A DNA stretch of 63,553 bases, the filler included, from Reclinomonas americana ATCC 50394 (Eukaryota), in assembly GCA_048213135.1 (NCBI GenBank). It is 12 parts of 3 records of this genome, joined end to end, with 100 filler letters (N's around TTAATTAATTAA, not from the genome) between each part and the next. Parts side by side here need not be neighbours in the genome. Positions count along the whole stretch, not along the records: positions 26,760 to 34,785 come from PS015571.1; positions 34,886 to 37,206 come from PS015571.1; positions 37,307 to 39,186 come from PS015571.1; positions 39,287 to 49,791 come from PS015571.1; 8 more parts are not named here. One strand, written 5' to 3'. The translations under genes and the position numbers were made by a program. Of the stretch, positions 33,838 to 48,100 are shown piece after piece (position 1 is the stretch's first letter; each line of letters opens with the position of its first letter). The notes beneath the pieces were generated by a model, which worked only from the letters and a program-made list of their open reading frames with translations, had not been told where the DNA came from and ran no database searches.

Positions 33838-34692
33838 GTGTCGGGTCTGCTGCTGAAGAAGGAGCTCGACTACTTCTCCAGGGTGCTTGACGAGCCGGCG
33901 CGTCCGTTCTTGGCCATCATGGGCGGCGCCAAGGTCCACGACAAGATCCAGCTGATTGAGAACATGCTCGACAAGGTCGACGAGATGATTATTGGTGGTG
34001 GCATGGCCTTCACCTTCAAGAAGCAGCTGTACAACGTGAAGGTAATGAGAGTGTGTGTGCACTCTCTCGTTGCCACTGCGCAGTGTCCTTCTTCTCACAA
34101 CTGAGGTGCCGCCCACGCAGATCGGCAACTCGCTGTTCGACGAGGAGGGTGCCGGCATTGTGTTGAACATTATCGAGAAGGCGGAGACCAGGGGTGTGCG
34201 CCTGCACCTGCCCCTTGACTACGTGTGTGGCAACAAGTTTGCTGCGGACGCCGAGACGCAGATTGTCACGGACGAGCAGGGCGTGCCCGACGGCTGGATG
34301 GGTCTGGATGTGGGTCCGGCCAGCACTGAGCTGTTTGCCGAAGTCATTGGCCGCGCCAAGACCATTCTGTGGAACGGGTGAGCTAAGAACACGTCTCCAC
34401 CTACTTTGTCGCTCCTGTGGGTTGCTGAGCATTTTTGTGTGTGTGCCGCAGACCGATGGGCGTGTTCGAGATGGAGAAGTTTGCCACTGGCTCGCTGCGC
34501 ATGCTGGACAACGTGGTGGCGGCGACCGATGCCGGCGCCGTGACTGTGGTGGGTGGTGGCGACACGGCTGCACTGGTGACGCAGGCCGGTGCCGCGGAGC
34601 GCGTCGGCCACGTGAGCACTGGCGGTGGTGCAAGTCTGGAGCTGCTCGAGGGCAAGGTGCTGCCGGGCGTCGTCGCTCTGTCGGACAAGTAA
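33838..34692 (+). CDS. PGK: Phosphoglycerate kinase, 3' half
   Basis: [58 protein letters not shown]. Confidence 0.97.
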
Positions 34693-34885
34693 GCACTTGT
34701 ATCGCTGCAGATCGCGTTTTGTTTCGTTTTTGTTTCTGTGTTTGTCGAGTGGCGTGACAAGTGAAGGAAGAAGCACGGTTGTACTNNNNNNNNNNNNNNN
34801 NNNNNNNNNNNNNNNNNNNNNNNNNNNNNTTAATTAATTAANNNNNNNNNNNNNNNNNNNNNNNNNNNNNNNNNNNNNNNNNNNN

Positions 34886-35814
34886 ACGGTCGGGCAGCTG
34901 CACGCCGACCATCGACGAGTGCGCACGATGTGCTGTGCCGAACGCGTCGTTGACGTACACGTCGCCCAGGCTGGTCAACGTCGCGCGGAAACGAGCAGTG
35001 CCCTCCGCGGTGGCCTTGAACTGAGCACACAATGATGAGGCAGGCTCTCAGACAATCGGAAAAATTGGGTCACATGAAAAGATGCGCACCGCCTTGCCAG
35101 CCGCATCAATGCCCTTGCCTTCCTCCTCGACGTGGAAACGCAGGTTCTCCAAGAGAATCACGGAGCCTACATACGGTGAGAGAGTCCAAGTGTGAGAGAG
35201 AGACAGATAGTGAATGAGACAGACACAGATACAGCAAAAAACGCACCTGGCTCCGGATCCGCACACGCCGCAACCACCTCATCGCCCACGCAGTCACCAA
35301 GGAAGCGCACATGGCTGAGTGCACGAGAGAGAATGAGTGTGAGTGTGAGTGAGTGAGAGAGTGGACAAGTGGAAGATTCGCACCGGCCAAGTGCGTCCTC
35401 CAACACAGGCACCACAGGCGCCATCGACTGATCCGGCTTGCGGATGCCATCCGGGCGACCGAGGTGGCTCATCAGCACCAAGCTCTTGGCACCTTTGTCG
35501 TGTGTGTGCGTGTGTGAGTATGCGTGTGAAGATGTCGGTCATGACGCCACTATTGCGCTCTCACACACACACCGTGATCAAGAATGTACTTGAGTGTGGG
35601 CACTGTGGCGGTGATGCGGGTGGCATCGGTGACGCGCCCGTCCTTGCTCAGTGGCACGTTGAAGTCCACACTGCAGCAGTCGGGGTCAACAAACATGGTG
35701 TGCCCCTGAGAGAGAGAGAAGGAGACATGCATGCATGCATGCAACGCACCGACAGACAACACGCTTGCCCGCAAAGTCCACATCATACACGCTCTTCTTG
35801 GTGAGGCCGCTCAT
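34886..35814 (-). CDS. PGK: Phosphoglycerate kinase, 5' half (opposite orientation to the 3' half)
   Basis: MSGLTKKS...[37 protein letters not shown]. Confidence 0.96.
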
Positions 35815-36114
35815 GGGTTTCTGGTCGGAAGGATAACCAAAGTGAGCATCGCTGAATGATAGATGCACAGTGCCGCAACAGACACTATGAACAAGAGACG
35901 GAGGAGGAGAGGATGGCACGAGACTTGCCTTGCTTCTCTCGTTGGTCAACAGAAAGATCTGATGGATGGAGATGGGCGCAGGACCCGACGACGACGAATC
36001 TCCGACGAAGTTACCCACACGCAGCGAGTCTTGTGCGTTCTTCATACCGGTGTGTTTAAACAAGGTATTCTTTATACGATTAATCCACATACACACGCAT
36101 ACAACAACATTTCG

Positions 36115-39100
36115 TTAACAGAGTTTGACTTGGATGGTGAAGGGCGAGCACTTGAGTGGTCCGTGCAGAACAGATTCCACGTGAAGAAGGTACGTCTCGG
36201 GGCGCGGTGGTGTGTACTTGATCGTGTACGTTCCGTCGCCTGCAGTGCCCGTGTCAGTTGATGCACACACGGAGAGACAGAAAGATAGAGAGAGAGAACC
36301 CACCGTTGCTGCTGACGGTGCAGAAGAACTTCTTCTCCTTGCCGTGCCGATCGGTGCCAAAGGCCGAAAAGTCCTCCTGTGGAATGGTATTCTGCAGCAC
36401 CTCGTTGCCGAAGCTGCAGCTCACAAGTATGAGAAATTTCAGTGTCGTCGGCTGCACGCCTCCACTCCGCTCTCACTCACCGATCACGTGAGAGCATGTG
36501 GAACTTGACGGGGAAGCCGACACGCGGTCGGTACAGGCCTGGCCCACGGCACTCAAAGGCCTCCAGCGACGCCATGGCTGGCGACACCACAAACACAGGC
36601 AGTCGGTGCTCCAGCAGCTTTCCGTTGCATCGCACGCTGAGCTGATTGTCGCCAGCCACTGTCGGATACAGTGCGAACTCGAGATCGCCATTCTTCTGTC
36701 GCTTGACCTGCGCGCCGAGGGAACGATGAGCACAGTGGGTGCAGCCAGGCGAAGTCGCACTGATAGCCATGGTCGCAACTTCGCCCTTGACTACGCTTGC
36801 ATTGTCGTCATTGACAGGCATGCATTCGACCTCAAAGTTCGCTTCCGACACAACATTGTCGAAGCGGTCGCGAGCCTCCACCAACCCACGCACCGCCGTG
36901 CCCGCAATGACACGTGCGTGGCCGCGCAGATGCAACAATACGACTGTCTTGGAGAGCACCGGCTCATCTGCGAGAGAGAGCGAGAGCGATGACCATCAGC
37001 AACATGCGTGGTGTCGAGAGCGACGTGAGCGGACTCTACCTGGCACCACTGCGAATATGGATGTCGGAGTGGCCGCCTGTCCATCAACGGTCACCAACAC
37101 TTGCGCTTCTCCGGCCACCTCTGGTACATAGGAGCACGTGTAGGTTCCATTACCGTGATTCACCACATCGCACACGAGGCTGGCGGCACGCGGAGTACTG
37201 CACCGGNNNNNNNNNNNNNNNNNNNNNNNNNNNNNNNNNNNNNNNNNNNNTTAATTAATTAANNNNNNNNNNNNNNNNNNNNNNNNNNNNNNNNNNNNNN
37301 NNNNNNGCAGTCCGTTTACCATCACGGTGTGCCGGGGCCGGTGTTTGCCAAGACCACGTATGTCACGGGTCCTGGCGTGAGTACCGCCCGCTGCGGGTCG
37401 ACCACAGAATTTTATGTGCAACTGCGTGACGCGTGCGGCAATTGCGTCTACACACCACATCCGGTCGTCAAGGCCACTGTGCTGCTTGGCATGCGGTGCG
37501 TCAGTGTGCTTCTGGGCTTCTGCATGCGCGTGTGATGGTGTGCTGATGGGTGTGATNNNNNNNNNNNNNNNNNNNNNNNNNNNNNNNNNNNNNNNNNNNN
37601 NNNNNNNNNNNNNNNNNNNNNNNNNNNNNNNNNNNNNNNNNNNNNNNNNNNNNNNNNNNNNNNNNNNNNNNNNNNNNNNNNNNNNNNNNNNNNNNNNNNN
37701 NNNNNNNNNNNNNNNNNNNNNNNNNNNNNNNNNNNNNNNNNNNNNNNNNNNNNNNNNNNNNNNNNNNNNNNNNNNNNNNNNNNNNNNNNNNNNNNNNNNN
37801 NNNNNNNNNNNNNNNNNNNNNNNNNNNNNNNNNNNNNNNNNNNNNNNNNNNNNNNNNNNNNNNNNNNNNNNNNNNNNNNNNNNNNNNNNNNNNNNNNNNN
37901 NNNNNNNNNNNNNNNNNNNNNNNNNNNNNNNNNNNNNNNNNNNNNNNNNNNNNNNNNNNNNNNNNNNNNNNNNNNNNNNNNNNNNNNNNNNNNNNNNNNN
38001 NNNNNNNNNNNNNNNNNNNNNNNNNNNNNNNNNNNNNNNNNNNNNNNNNNNNNNNNNNNNNNNNNNNNNNNNNNNNNNNNNNNNNNNNNNNNNNNNNNNN
38101 NNNNNNNNNNNNNNNNNNNNNNNNNNNNNNNNNNNNNNNNNNCAAACACCGGCACGTCGGCCACAGTCACGGTCATTGAGTGGAGACCAGCTTGCTCCAG
38201 TCGCTCGCAAATCTGCTCATGCGCTCTCGTCAGTCATAATTTGGCGTTCATGACGAGCAGAAACAACACACACACGTTCTCACCTGATGCGTGCCATCCA
38301 TGTTGTCGACAGACGCAAGCTCGGCTGACCACTCGTTCTCGGCAGAGGTGGCGTAAGGGCGCTGGCGAAGTGTCGGCTGTGTGCAGTGTTCAGTGAGCAT
38401 GATGATCCCACAAGTGCGCAGGATGACGAACTGCCACAACCAACCATCCACGCTGCCACGGGCACCACCACGCGGTCCAGACGCAATGTCACCCGCACTT
38501 GTTGGCCGCCGCGACTGCACGGCTGCAGGTATCGATCGGCAATCTGCAACACAGCATCCATCTCCACCGGCGCCACACCACCCAACATGCCGAAGCCGGT
38601 GAGGGTGCAGTTTGCCGGCACCGGAGCCGAGTCGGCGGTAAATGAGGCCCACTCGGCGGCACCCTCACCGCCAGCAATCTTGCGGAAGCGCTCGGAGAGT
38701 GTGTCACTTAGCGCCACCACCTGGTCAAACAGATCGCGACCGCACGCCTCGTACACGTCGTGCGTGCATTCCTCTGCAGGACACGATACGATGCAGGGAG
38801 GTAATGTGTAAGACGGGGGAAATTGATCTTTTCTGGCAGTGGCGTAAACTACAGACCGCGCTCTGCCAGTTTGAGCAACAGCTTCAGCGACTCGCGCGAG
38901 GCCTCCGAGTCTGGCGAATCCCGATAGTGCTTCACCAACATTGGAATTACGTTTTGTGCCACCAACTCCGACGTGTTGGCCTCTGCTCAGCGGCACATGC
39001 CGGTGAGAAGTCAGCAGAAGAGGGCAGCCGTGGCTCAAGGAAAAGCACCCACCGTTTCTAATCAAGTGGCGCAGAATCTTCAGACTGGCCTCTTGCGCCT

Positions 39101-42100
39101 GCTTATCGGCCTCGGAGAGCTTGCTGCGTGACGAGCCCGACGACGCTATGCACACAGCTGTCGGTGCGCGCAACACACAGCACAGANNNNNNNNNNNNNN
39201 NNNNNNNNNNNNNNNNNNNNNNNNNNNNNNTTAATTAATTAANNNNNNNNNNNNNNNNNNNNNNNNNNNNNNNNNNNNNNNNNNNNCACACGAGATGAAA
39301 ACGAGACACACCACTGCGGTTGCTGTTTCGACTGCCTGGACGCGATAACCTCTCTCGTGCACTGTTGCCAAGCGAGTGAATCACTCAACCAGGCAGCACG
39401 TGCAGCCCCACCAATACGCGTACCTCAGCACACGCCTGTCGCGTGAACCTCTCGACGAACTCAGCAACTCTGCTGCCGCCTTGGCCTTCTCCAACGCCTC
39501 CGGGTCCATCTGCAGCTCGGTCACGGCCATCTGATCGTCACCCTCCGCACCATCCGAAGTCACAGAGCCCGTGGGTGAACCGGACCGGCTGCTCGCACCT
39601 GCTCACCAAAGGGTGGTGGGGTGAGGAACGACGCGCAACAACACTTACGTCGCCACAATCGCTCTCTCGATGCCTCACCACTGCGACTACTGCCAGCACG
39701 GCTGCGACTGCGACTGCGGCTGCGACTGCGGCTTCGACTGCGACTGCGACTGCGTGTGCGACTGCGTCCGCGGCTTGAACCCGTTGAACCGCCCTCTTCG
39801 CCAGCATCGCTCGCCGAGAGCACGCTCTCTGCCTCACTTTGTGCGTACTCGTCATCCTCCTCGTCCTCCTCGTCCGACATGCTCTCATCGTCGCTGTCAC
39901 TCCGACGGGCCTCCAAGTGACGGCGCACGTGGCCCAAAATGTCGCGCTCCAGCAGCGCCGTGTGTGCACCCGCTGAACGGTAACAGCAGTGAGGGGTACA
40001 GCGCGATCATCAATTGCACTGCTCGACAGGCGCGACGCAACGATTGCGACTCAGTGTTTCGATGGCGCGGAGAGCCAGTGCGGCAGAGTCTTCGTCGGCG
40101 AGCGCATTTTCGTTCATGATCTTGAACAGCTCATTCACGGCCGACTCCATGTCACCTCTCCGCTCCAGCAACTCAGCCACATCGGCATCCACTGTGCACG
40201 CGCATTCTCGTCACAAGCTGGGGACGCAAACGGGAGAACACAACGAGACTGACGAAACTGTCCGCAGCAGCCGCCGCAATGTTGCCAGTCGCCTCGCAGA
40301 ACAAGGTGGTTGAGCCCTTGTGTGCAAGCGACAGCAACTTGGGGAGCAGGTACACATTGCGACTGTTGATCATCTCCAACGCAAAGTCTCCTGCAATCGG
40401 TACTACGTATCAGTATGTGCATGTCACAGTGATTTCTGTCGTCGTCGCCCCCCAACGAAACTGTTCTCGGAGAAGTTACGAAGCACTTGGAGAAGTGCGA
40501 GGCGCATGTGCCGCGACTCGGACACCTGCTCCGCGGCATCTGTCAGTCGTGACAGCGGTATCTCTTCGTCTACTTTCTCCAGCAGGTCCGCTACAATCGA
40601 GCACAGGCAACATTGTCGGCGACTTCTCACGGACAGGACATGAGAATGGTGGCGGTGTGCACGCAACGTTCGAGGGTAATGGTGGCCAGGCTGCGCACAG
40701 CGAGGCCTCGCACCACTTCGTCATCGTGGTCAAGCAGCGTCGACAACTCGGCAAGATTGGAGACATCGAACAAGGTGGCTGCTCANNNNNNNNNNNNNNN
40801 NNNNNNNNNNNNNNNNNNNNNNNNNNNNNNNNNNNNNNNNNNNNNNNNNNNNNNNNNNNNNNNNNNNNNNNNNNNNNNNNNNNNNNNNNNNNNNNNNNNN
40901 NNNNNNNNNNNNNNNNNNNNNNNNNNNNNNNNNNNNNNNNNNNNNNNNNNNNNNNNNNNNNNNNNNNNNNNNNNNNNNNNNNNNNNNNNNNNNNNNNNNN
41001 NNNNNNNNNNNNNNNNNNNNNNNNNNNNNNNNNNNNNNNNNNNNNNNNNNNNNNNNNNNNNNNNNNNNNNNNNNNNNNNNNNNNNNNNNNNNNNNNNNNN
41101 NNNNNNNNNNNNNNNNNNNNNNNNNNNNNNNNNNNNNNNNNNNNNNNNNNNNNNNNNNNNNNNNNNNNNNNNNNNNNNNNNNNNNNNNNNNNNNNNNNNN
41201 NNNNNNNNNNNNNNNNNNNNNNNNNNNNNNNNNNNNNNNNNNNNNNNNNNNNNNNNNNNNNNNNNNNNNNNNNNNNNNNNNNNNNNNNNNNNNNNNNNNN
41301 NNNNNNNNNNNNNNNNNNNNNNNNNNNNNNNNNNNNNNNNNNNNNNNNNNNNNNNNNNNNNNNNNNNNNNNNNNNNNNNNNNNNNNNNNNNNNNNNNNNN
41401 NNNNNNNNNNNNNNNNNNNNNNNNNNNNNNNNNNNNNNNNNNNNNNNNNNNNNNNNNNNNNNNNNNNNNNNNNNNNNNNNNNNNNNNNNNNNNNNNNNNN
41501 NNNNNNNNNNNNNNNNNNNNNNNNNNNNNNNNNNNNNNNNNNNNNNNNNNTCATCATCATGGTGTTGGTCGCAAGTCGCACACCAACAAATCCCCACGAG
41601 AAACACAACAAACCGTCGCGTCCCATCATATTCGACAGTGTGAACTTGGCATTGTCGCGCACCTCGGCGTCGGTGTGATTGAGCAGCTGCATCAGCGACG
41701 ACGTGGCGTCCACATCGCGAATCTCCTCCGCAAGGCGCTCTGTGCGTGGTGGCGACATCAGGCACACGTGTGTCACCCTCCTCGATAATCGCACTCGTCA
41801 AACCTGTGACAGACAAGTTCGCCACGGCCCGTGTCGTCTCGCGCAACATCATCAGATCCTCGTCGTAGTCCACCATGAGTTCGGCAAGTCGCGCCAATCC
41901 GTCCATCTCCAGCACTTCGGCCTCCAGTTGTGCTGCGTTGTCGCATGGTCGGTGAGCGTGTGTGTGTGTGTGTGTGTGTGGGTGACGAGATGCACGACGA
42001 CCACTCACCGACAAGAGCAAAGTTCGCCACTCCGCGCGTGCATTGTACCTGACACTCGTACGTTGTCGAATAGAGTCCACTGAGCAGTGCACTGGCACAA

Positions 42101-45100
42101 CCAAGCTGCTGCATCCGCAGTGCCATGTCCTCTGTGCGCACCACCACCACAGTCAATACATCAGCATCCATCGCGTAATCATCGCGGCCAGCCGCAACTC
42201 TCTTCCACCAGATTCGCCATGGCGCACGCAGCAAAGCTCTTGAGTTGTTCGTCGTCCATATCCATGGCTCGCGCCAAGTTGCGCAGCAAATCGTCGCGTT
42301 TCATCTGCAACCGCCATTGTACTACACACAGAAGCACGGGTGAGAGACGCACTCGTCCAGTGTGCGCTGTTTCCACACCGCTCGACACTCACCAGCAAAC
42401 GAAAAGAACGCCGACAACCCAATCGCGTACTTGCTAATGTGCAACGTGTCGCGCTCAATGCAGCCCACGGCCAAACGGAACACCTCACTGTTCAACACCA
42501 TCTCCAGGTATTTGGCTGTGCGTGTGCACGTGGCGACAGTTAGCCAATCGTGTAATTTCACATCAGCGGACGGAGCGACCTCACACGCACTGTCTTGGCA
42601 GAGAATGTAATGTAGGCGGAACACCAAGTGTCTTGCCTCGGCGGCAAGCTGATTGTCCACATCCGCAAAGCGATGCAGTGTCTTTTGAGCACTGTTCTTG
42701 TAAAAGAGCGCTCGGCAGAACCCTGGGCCGCAAGAAAACACAGTCATACTCAAGCGGCAACATCCGCGGCATGGAGACGACTCACCAGCGTCTGTCAGGT
42801 TGACCCACGTACGGAAGATGCTGCAAGAACGATCACTGTCGCTTCCGTGCTTATCCAGCTGATAGGCCAGGCTGTGGTATGTCGGCACGTCGCGGAACGT
42901 TCGCCATGCTTTCCCTGTCAAAACACCAGCTGGTGAGCGACCCCCCAAAAAAGTTCGTCAGCCCGCGTTCAAGACAGGCGGGCGTGCGCAACTCGACTCG
43001 GAGAACCGCTCAATCAGCCGAACCGCTTGCGGATGCAGTGCTTCGTGTGGCGAGCGCACGTGCGTGAACAGACGGTGCAAAATGAGGGCCTTACACGCCT
43101 TGCCAATCTCCTCGTCGCCGATTCCATAACGATCGGTTGTGTCCATGCCAAAGTGGCGAATGACGGGGAACTCGGATCGCAGATTCAGCGACACCATACG
43201 CCAGCCGCCGGCCAGGTGCACCAGTGCCCAGGTTTCATCTGCCAGTGCGCGTAAGCGATACACATGCGCACGGAAGCAACGTATCCATCATCGGCACGCA
43301 CCCGACTTGTGCGACAGAAGAATGAGCGACTTCATCACCCAGTGCTGGAATGCAATGTCCTCCGTCAATGCCACCGTGCACAGATTCGGTACCGCCCCGT
43401 ACTGGAGCACTCGTGGCCGTACGGTATCTGCACAGAGGAGTGAGCATGCAGCGGCCGATCATTTTCACACTGCTTCATCCGCACGAACCGGAGCACAAGA
43501 GTCCGTACAGCGCTCGTGCGGCTTCAGTGGCCGCCTCCACACAGTCGTCACGACTAAGAACCGAGAAAAGCGCATCAAGGGCTCCGCAGCGAATGCATCG
43601 ACTCGCGTTATCGCCAGTTTGCACCACATTGGCAATCACACGGACAGCATCGAAACAGAGGTCATCGCTCTTGGAGTACATCAATTCCACCAGTGCCGGC
43701 AGACCTCCGCGCTGGCCGATTTGCATCTTGAATTCGTCTGCATCGTGTACCCACCCACACAAAATCAGTTTGCAACAGTCTCTCTCATGAGAACCAAAAC
43801 CAGAAGCGAGGGAAAACCATTGTTTGAAAGTGCGACGACGCCTTTGAGTGCCCACGGCTGGTAGGAACTGGGTCCATTGGCAATCAACTGCAGCAGTAGC
43901 GTCGAGGCGTTGGCTTGTACCAACATTTGCCGCATGTGCACTGTGATGGCAGGCACACATGAGTATTCAGGTCGGAGCAAACGAAAAGGAGTGAGACTAC
44001 CCAACAGTGCGTGGCCACATAGGCAATGTTGCGGCAGGCCTCGATGAGAAACGCTTCGTCGCGGAACCGCAGGTAATCGAGCAGCGTGTTCATGCCGCCA
44101 GACTCGACGACAAAGTCGACCACCGCAGCTGTGCAGGCGAGAGATACTCAGGCACATAAATAACATGACTCCTTCGTGGGGAGACGGACGAACCATCCGA
44201 CACCAAATATCCCATCGTTCGCAACGCCACCAGTGCCAAATCCGAGTTGGGTGAACCCGTCAGCTCAATCACCACGGGCAGGAAATTCAGTTCCTGTCGA
44301 ATCGCCAGACGGAAGCGCGCTGCAATGCCACCAGTGAGCTGGCGTTCGAGGTGGCTGGCTTGACGGGCAACACCAACAAACCATCCATCACCAACATGGA
44401 GAGTGCCGTCATGGCCTCCACCTTGTGACCAAGAGGGCCGACCTCAATCTGGTTGATAATCATGGGGAAGATGCGCTCCTCCAAGAAGCGCTCCACAAAG
44501 TGAGCTGTTGAGGGGTAGCAACAAGTCCAGATCAACAACACAATGGCGTCGGCTGGACATGGGCAACGAGAAACCGGATGACGCAACGCTCAAACACCAA
44601 TTGTGCGATGCAGCGCAGACCCTCCCACTCAAGCCACTCCTTGTAAGCACTGTCCGCATGCAACAGCTTACCGCGTAACGAGAACACATTGAAAATGATC
44701 CCGGGAATGGGAGAGTGCGCGAATTTCTTCCTCGCAAATGCTGCAACGCGAATTGGGTTAGTCGGCGAAGCATCATTCTGTCTCCTGTTGAACACAAAGC
44801 ACCTGAGTGCTTCGACATGTTGGCCACGGTGTGCAGAAGCTCCGCTAGGAGCTCCGACGAGGAATTGTTTTCGGTCAGTTGAATCAGTTTCGGGACGCCC
44901 TCGAAGCGAATCACATCCTCCACCACCGACTCTGCACGGACGGTGAGCGGAAGTGACAAGCGGCTGGACAGTCTGAGCGATACGGGTGCGAAACTTCCAT
45001 CGACGACAGAGGCAATGGTGCGAATGGCCAGCTCGGAGATGCCACGATGGTCGTTGGTGCACAGGTGCAGCAGTGGTGCCATGGACTCCTTCAACACGCG

Positions 45101-48100
45101 CTGCGTCGACTCGCGATCTGGAGAGATATGAGAGTCATGCGGCAATACGTAGAGCAAGCGAACAAGCAAGCCATCACACCTTCCACGATGAGAACGGTCA
45201 GCGAGCGGAGCAAGTTGCCAANNNNNNNNNNNNNNNNNNNNNNNNNNNNNNNNNNNNNNNNNNNNNNNNNNNNNNNNNNNNNNNNNNNNNNNNNNNNNNN
45301 NNNNNNNNNNNNNNNNNNNNNNNNNNNNNNNNNNNNNNNNNNNNNNNNNNNNNNNNNNNNNNNNNNNNNNNNNNNNNNNNNNNNNNNNNNNNNNNNNNNN
45401 NNNNNNNNNNNNNNNNNNNNNNNNNNNNNNNNNNNNNNNNNNNNNNNNNNNNNNNNNNNTTTTTGCTCTCTTGTTGCGTCTGCTGTGTTTGTCGGAGTGT
45501 TGTAGAATTCCACGCGAGTCTCACACTCGCGAGTGCGCGCGCACACAGCTGCGGTGAAGGACGCCTTTGCCGAACGCCACGGTGTTTTTGTTATCAAGCG
45601 TCTCATTGAGCTAAAGGACAACACGTTGGCGCAGGGCGAGGCAGCCCATGCTTTTTCGATGCTGGCCGACAATCGTTGAGTGCATGCCGAGAGAAGGAGG
45701 AGACAATCTTTGTGTGTTACAGTCCACACTCACCGCTGTCGCGCTGCAGCTGCATATCGAGTCGCCGGTGTGGAAGCCGGCCTGATGGTTCCGCTCGTAA
45801 AACTCCTGTCGTGTGGACTGGAGGAAGCCGAGGGTTTTGCATGCGCAGCCTGCTACAAGATTGCACAAACAGGTTTTTGTCACCCCATTCATGACTCGTG
45901 AACCAACAACCACACTGACTCGTTTTGTGTGTGGTGCAGCCGAATTCCGCGCGGAGCTCGTGCAGCTCGGCTGCACCATTCCCATGATTGCATTGTTGAG
46001 TTCCACCGAATTCTACATTGAGTTGACCGCAGCTCGTGCATTCGCCGAGCTCAGTCTGGATGGTAATACGATTGAGAGAGGGAGTGGTTTGTGGCTGGTC
46101 GCACTCACCGCTGTGTCACACAGATGCAAACAAGAGTCGACTGGTGGCCGAGGGACTGCTCGCGCCTGTGCACTACCTGCTCGGTCATCCGAATGAGGAA
46201 ATGCGAGAGGAATGCCTGCTCATCATTGAGAGATTAAGCACCCTGCGTTGCGTGTATTCACATACCCAGGCTGTTCCGTGCCGATGCAGCTCACCGTTCG
46301 TGCCTGCAGCCGGCAATCGTGATCTGATCTTGGAGGAGGGTTGCATTCGCAATCTGGTGCGCAACATCAATCCAAGCATTGGCGGCGATCCATTCACCGA
46401 TGTGGCCATGCGAGCCACACTCAGTCTCTGTTCCGATGCCTCAGGTGAAGCGGGCACTCCTACGGAAAGACACGTGTGTGATTCCGTTCTGATCGTGAAC
46501 GATGTAGATGATGTATTGTACGAGGTGTTTCGAGAGGGCACGCTGGACAAGTTGGTGGTGCTTGCCAACTCACGGCGCGACTCGAGTCGTGACTTGGCGT
46601 TCCGTGTCATGGGCAAGCTGCTAGCCAGTGGTGCGTACACTCATCGTGAGCATTAACGATCGTTGTCGTGGCACATTCTCATGCTGGTGTGCAGACCCTG
46701 TGCGCACGGCACTGATGGATAGGGCAATCTGCAGCCCATGTTTGTGATTTCACAACTGGATGATCAGGTCACGCGGCGCAACGTCGGTCTCTTCATCCTC
46801 AGTGCCCTCCAATTGCGTTGCGTCCTTTTGTCAATCATGTGGATACGCCGTGTGTGTGTGCTTGTGTTTGTTGGTCTCATCGTTTGACACAGCATCGTTG
46901 CGACGGCCATTCATCGACCAGGGTGGCATTCAGTGCATTCTGCGCCTCTTGCAGTCTGACGACGCTTCCTTGANNNNNNNNNNNNNNNNNNNNNNNNNNN
47001 NNNNNNNNNNNNNNNNNNNNNNNNNNNNNNNNNNNNNNNNNNNNNNNNNNNNNNNNNNNNNNNNNNNNNNNNNNNNNNNNNNNNNNNNNGTGTGCGAGGG
47101 CGCCCGCTGCTTGGTACTGGACCTCCGGATCAGTCGACTTGTACGCGTGCTCCATCACCAGATCCAGCAGTCCGTGCCGAGTAAAGTCTTCTCTCACTTC
47201 GTCTGCGACGAGACAAGACACCAAGCTGTGAGTTGCTCTTGTTTCCTTCCTTCGCTATTTATCTTTGCCTCGACGAACCATCACGAATGACTAGACTGGC
47301 AATCAGTGAAATGGCGTATCGCAATACCCACACGTCGGAGGAGGTCTGCAGCACGGTCACCAGATCGTCCTTGGGATTCAAATCCAAGATAACATCCTTA
47401 GCCAGAGCTGCCAACAACAATAATGTACGTCAGCACGCGTGGTGCGTCGGGGGGAGGTGCAACACACGGCGACGCAACGGACAGCCGACAAAGCAACCAG
47501 AGCACGCAGCGCCGAGCGAAGCACTTCGAACGGCTCGTCGCAGGTATGGCAACCATCTTCGTGCTCCGGAACAATGCCGACGTGCTCGCGCATGAGACTG
47601 AGCAGACGAGCCAGTGTGTGGCCTTGCATCAGCTTGGTGTTGTATTTTTCTACAGTGACGGTCAGCAACACAGCAAGGCAGCATGCACGCGCGCGCACAC
47701 ACACACACACACACAACAAACCCTTCACAGCAATCGCAGCGAGGGCACGAGCCGCGTGCCACTGCTGTCGGTGATGCTCGGAGCTCAGACACAACAACAG
47801 CGTCTGAATGTACTCGTCGCGCATGAAACGCTTGGCAAACAGATCCTCGGTGCACAGAGTGGCAATCGCTCGCAAGCACTCGTAGCGTACTTCACCCTGC
47901 GCGATGAACAACACGCGGTGCAACTTCTCGGCAGCTCCACTCTTGGCCATGATAATCTTTGCTCGATCTGTATGCAGTGCACCGTGATGTGAGCAAGCAC
48001 GGAAACAAGGCCGCGCTTTCCGTTCCCGCAGTGCAACGCATACCATTATCGGCGAGAATCGCCAGTGCTCGACAACACCACTGACGAGCAACATGGTCCT

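Noticed and set aside
44933..44997. Possible GA-AG intron (GAT G|gaagtt) in the ARM gene
   Set aside because: A canonical donor 3 nt later (GGA A|gtttcg) is in phase and fits the repeat spacing better.
46711..46730. Frameshift in an ARM exon (ATG GAT AG GGC AAT)
   Set aside because: One extra G in the G-run restores the frame, so a homopolymer sequencing error is more likely than recoding or pseudogenisation.
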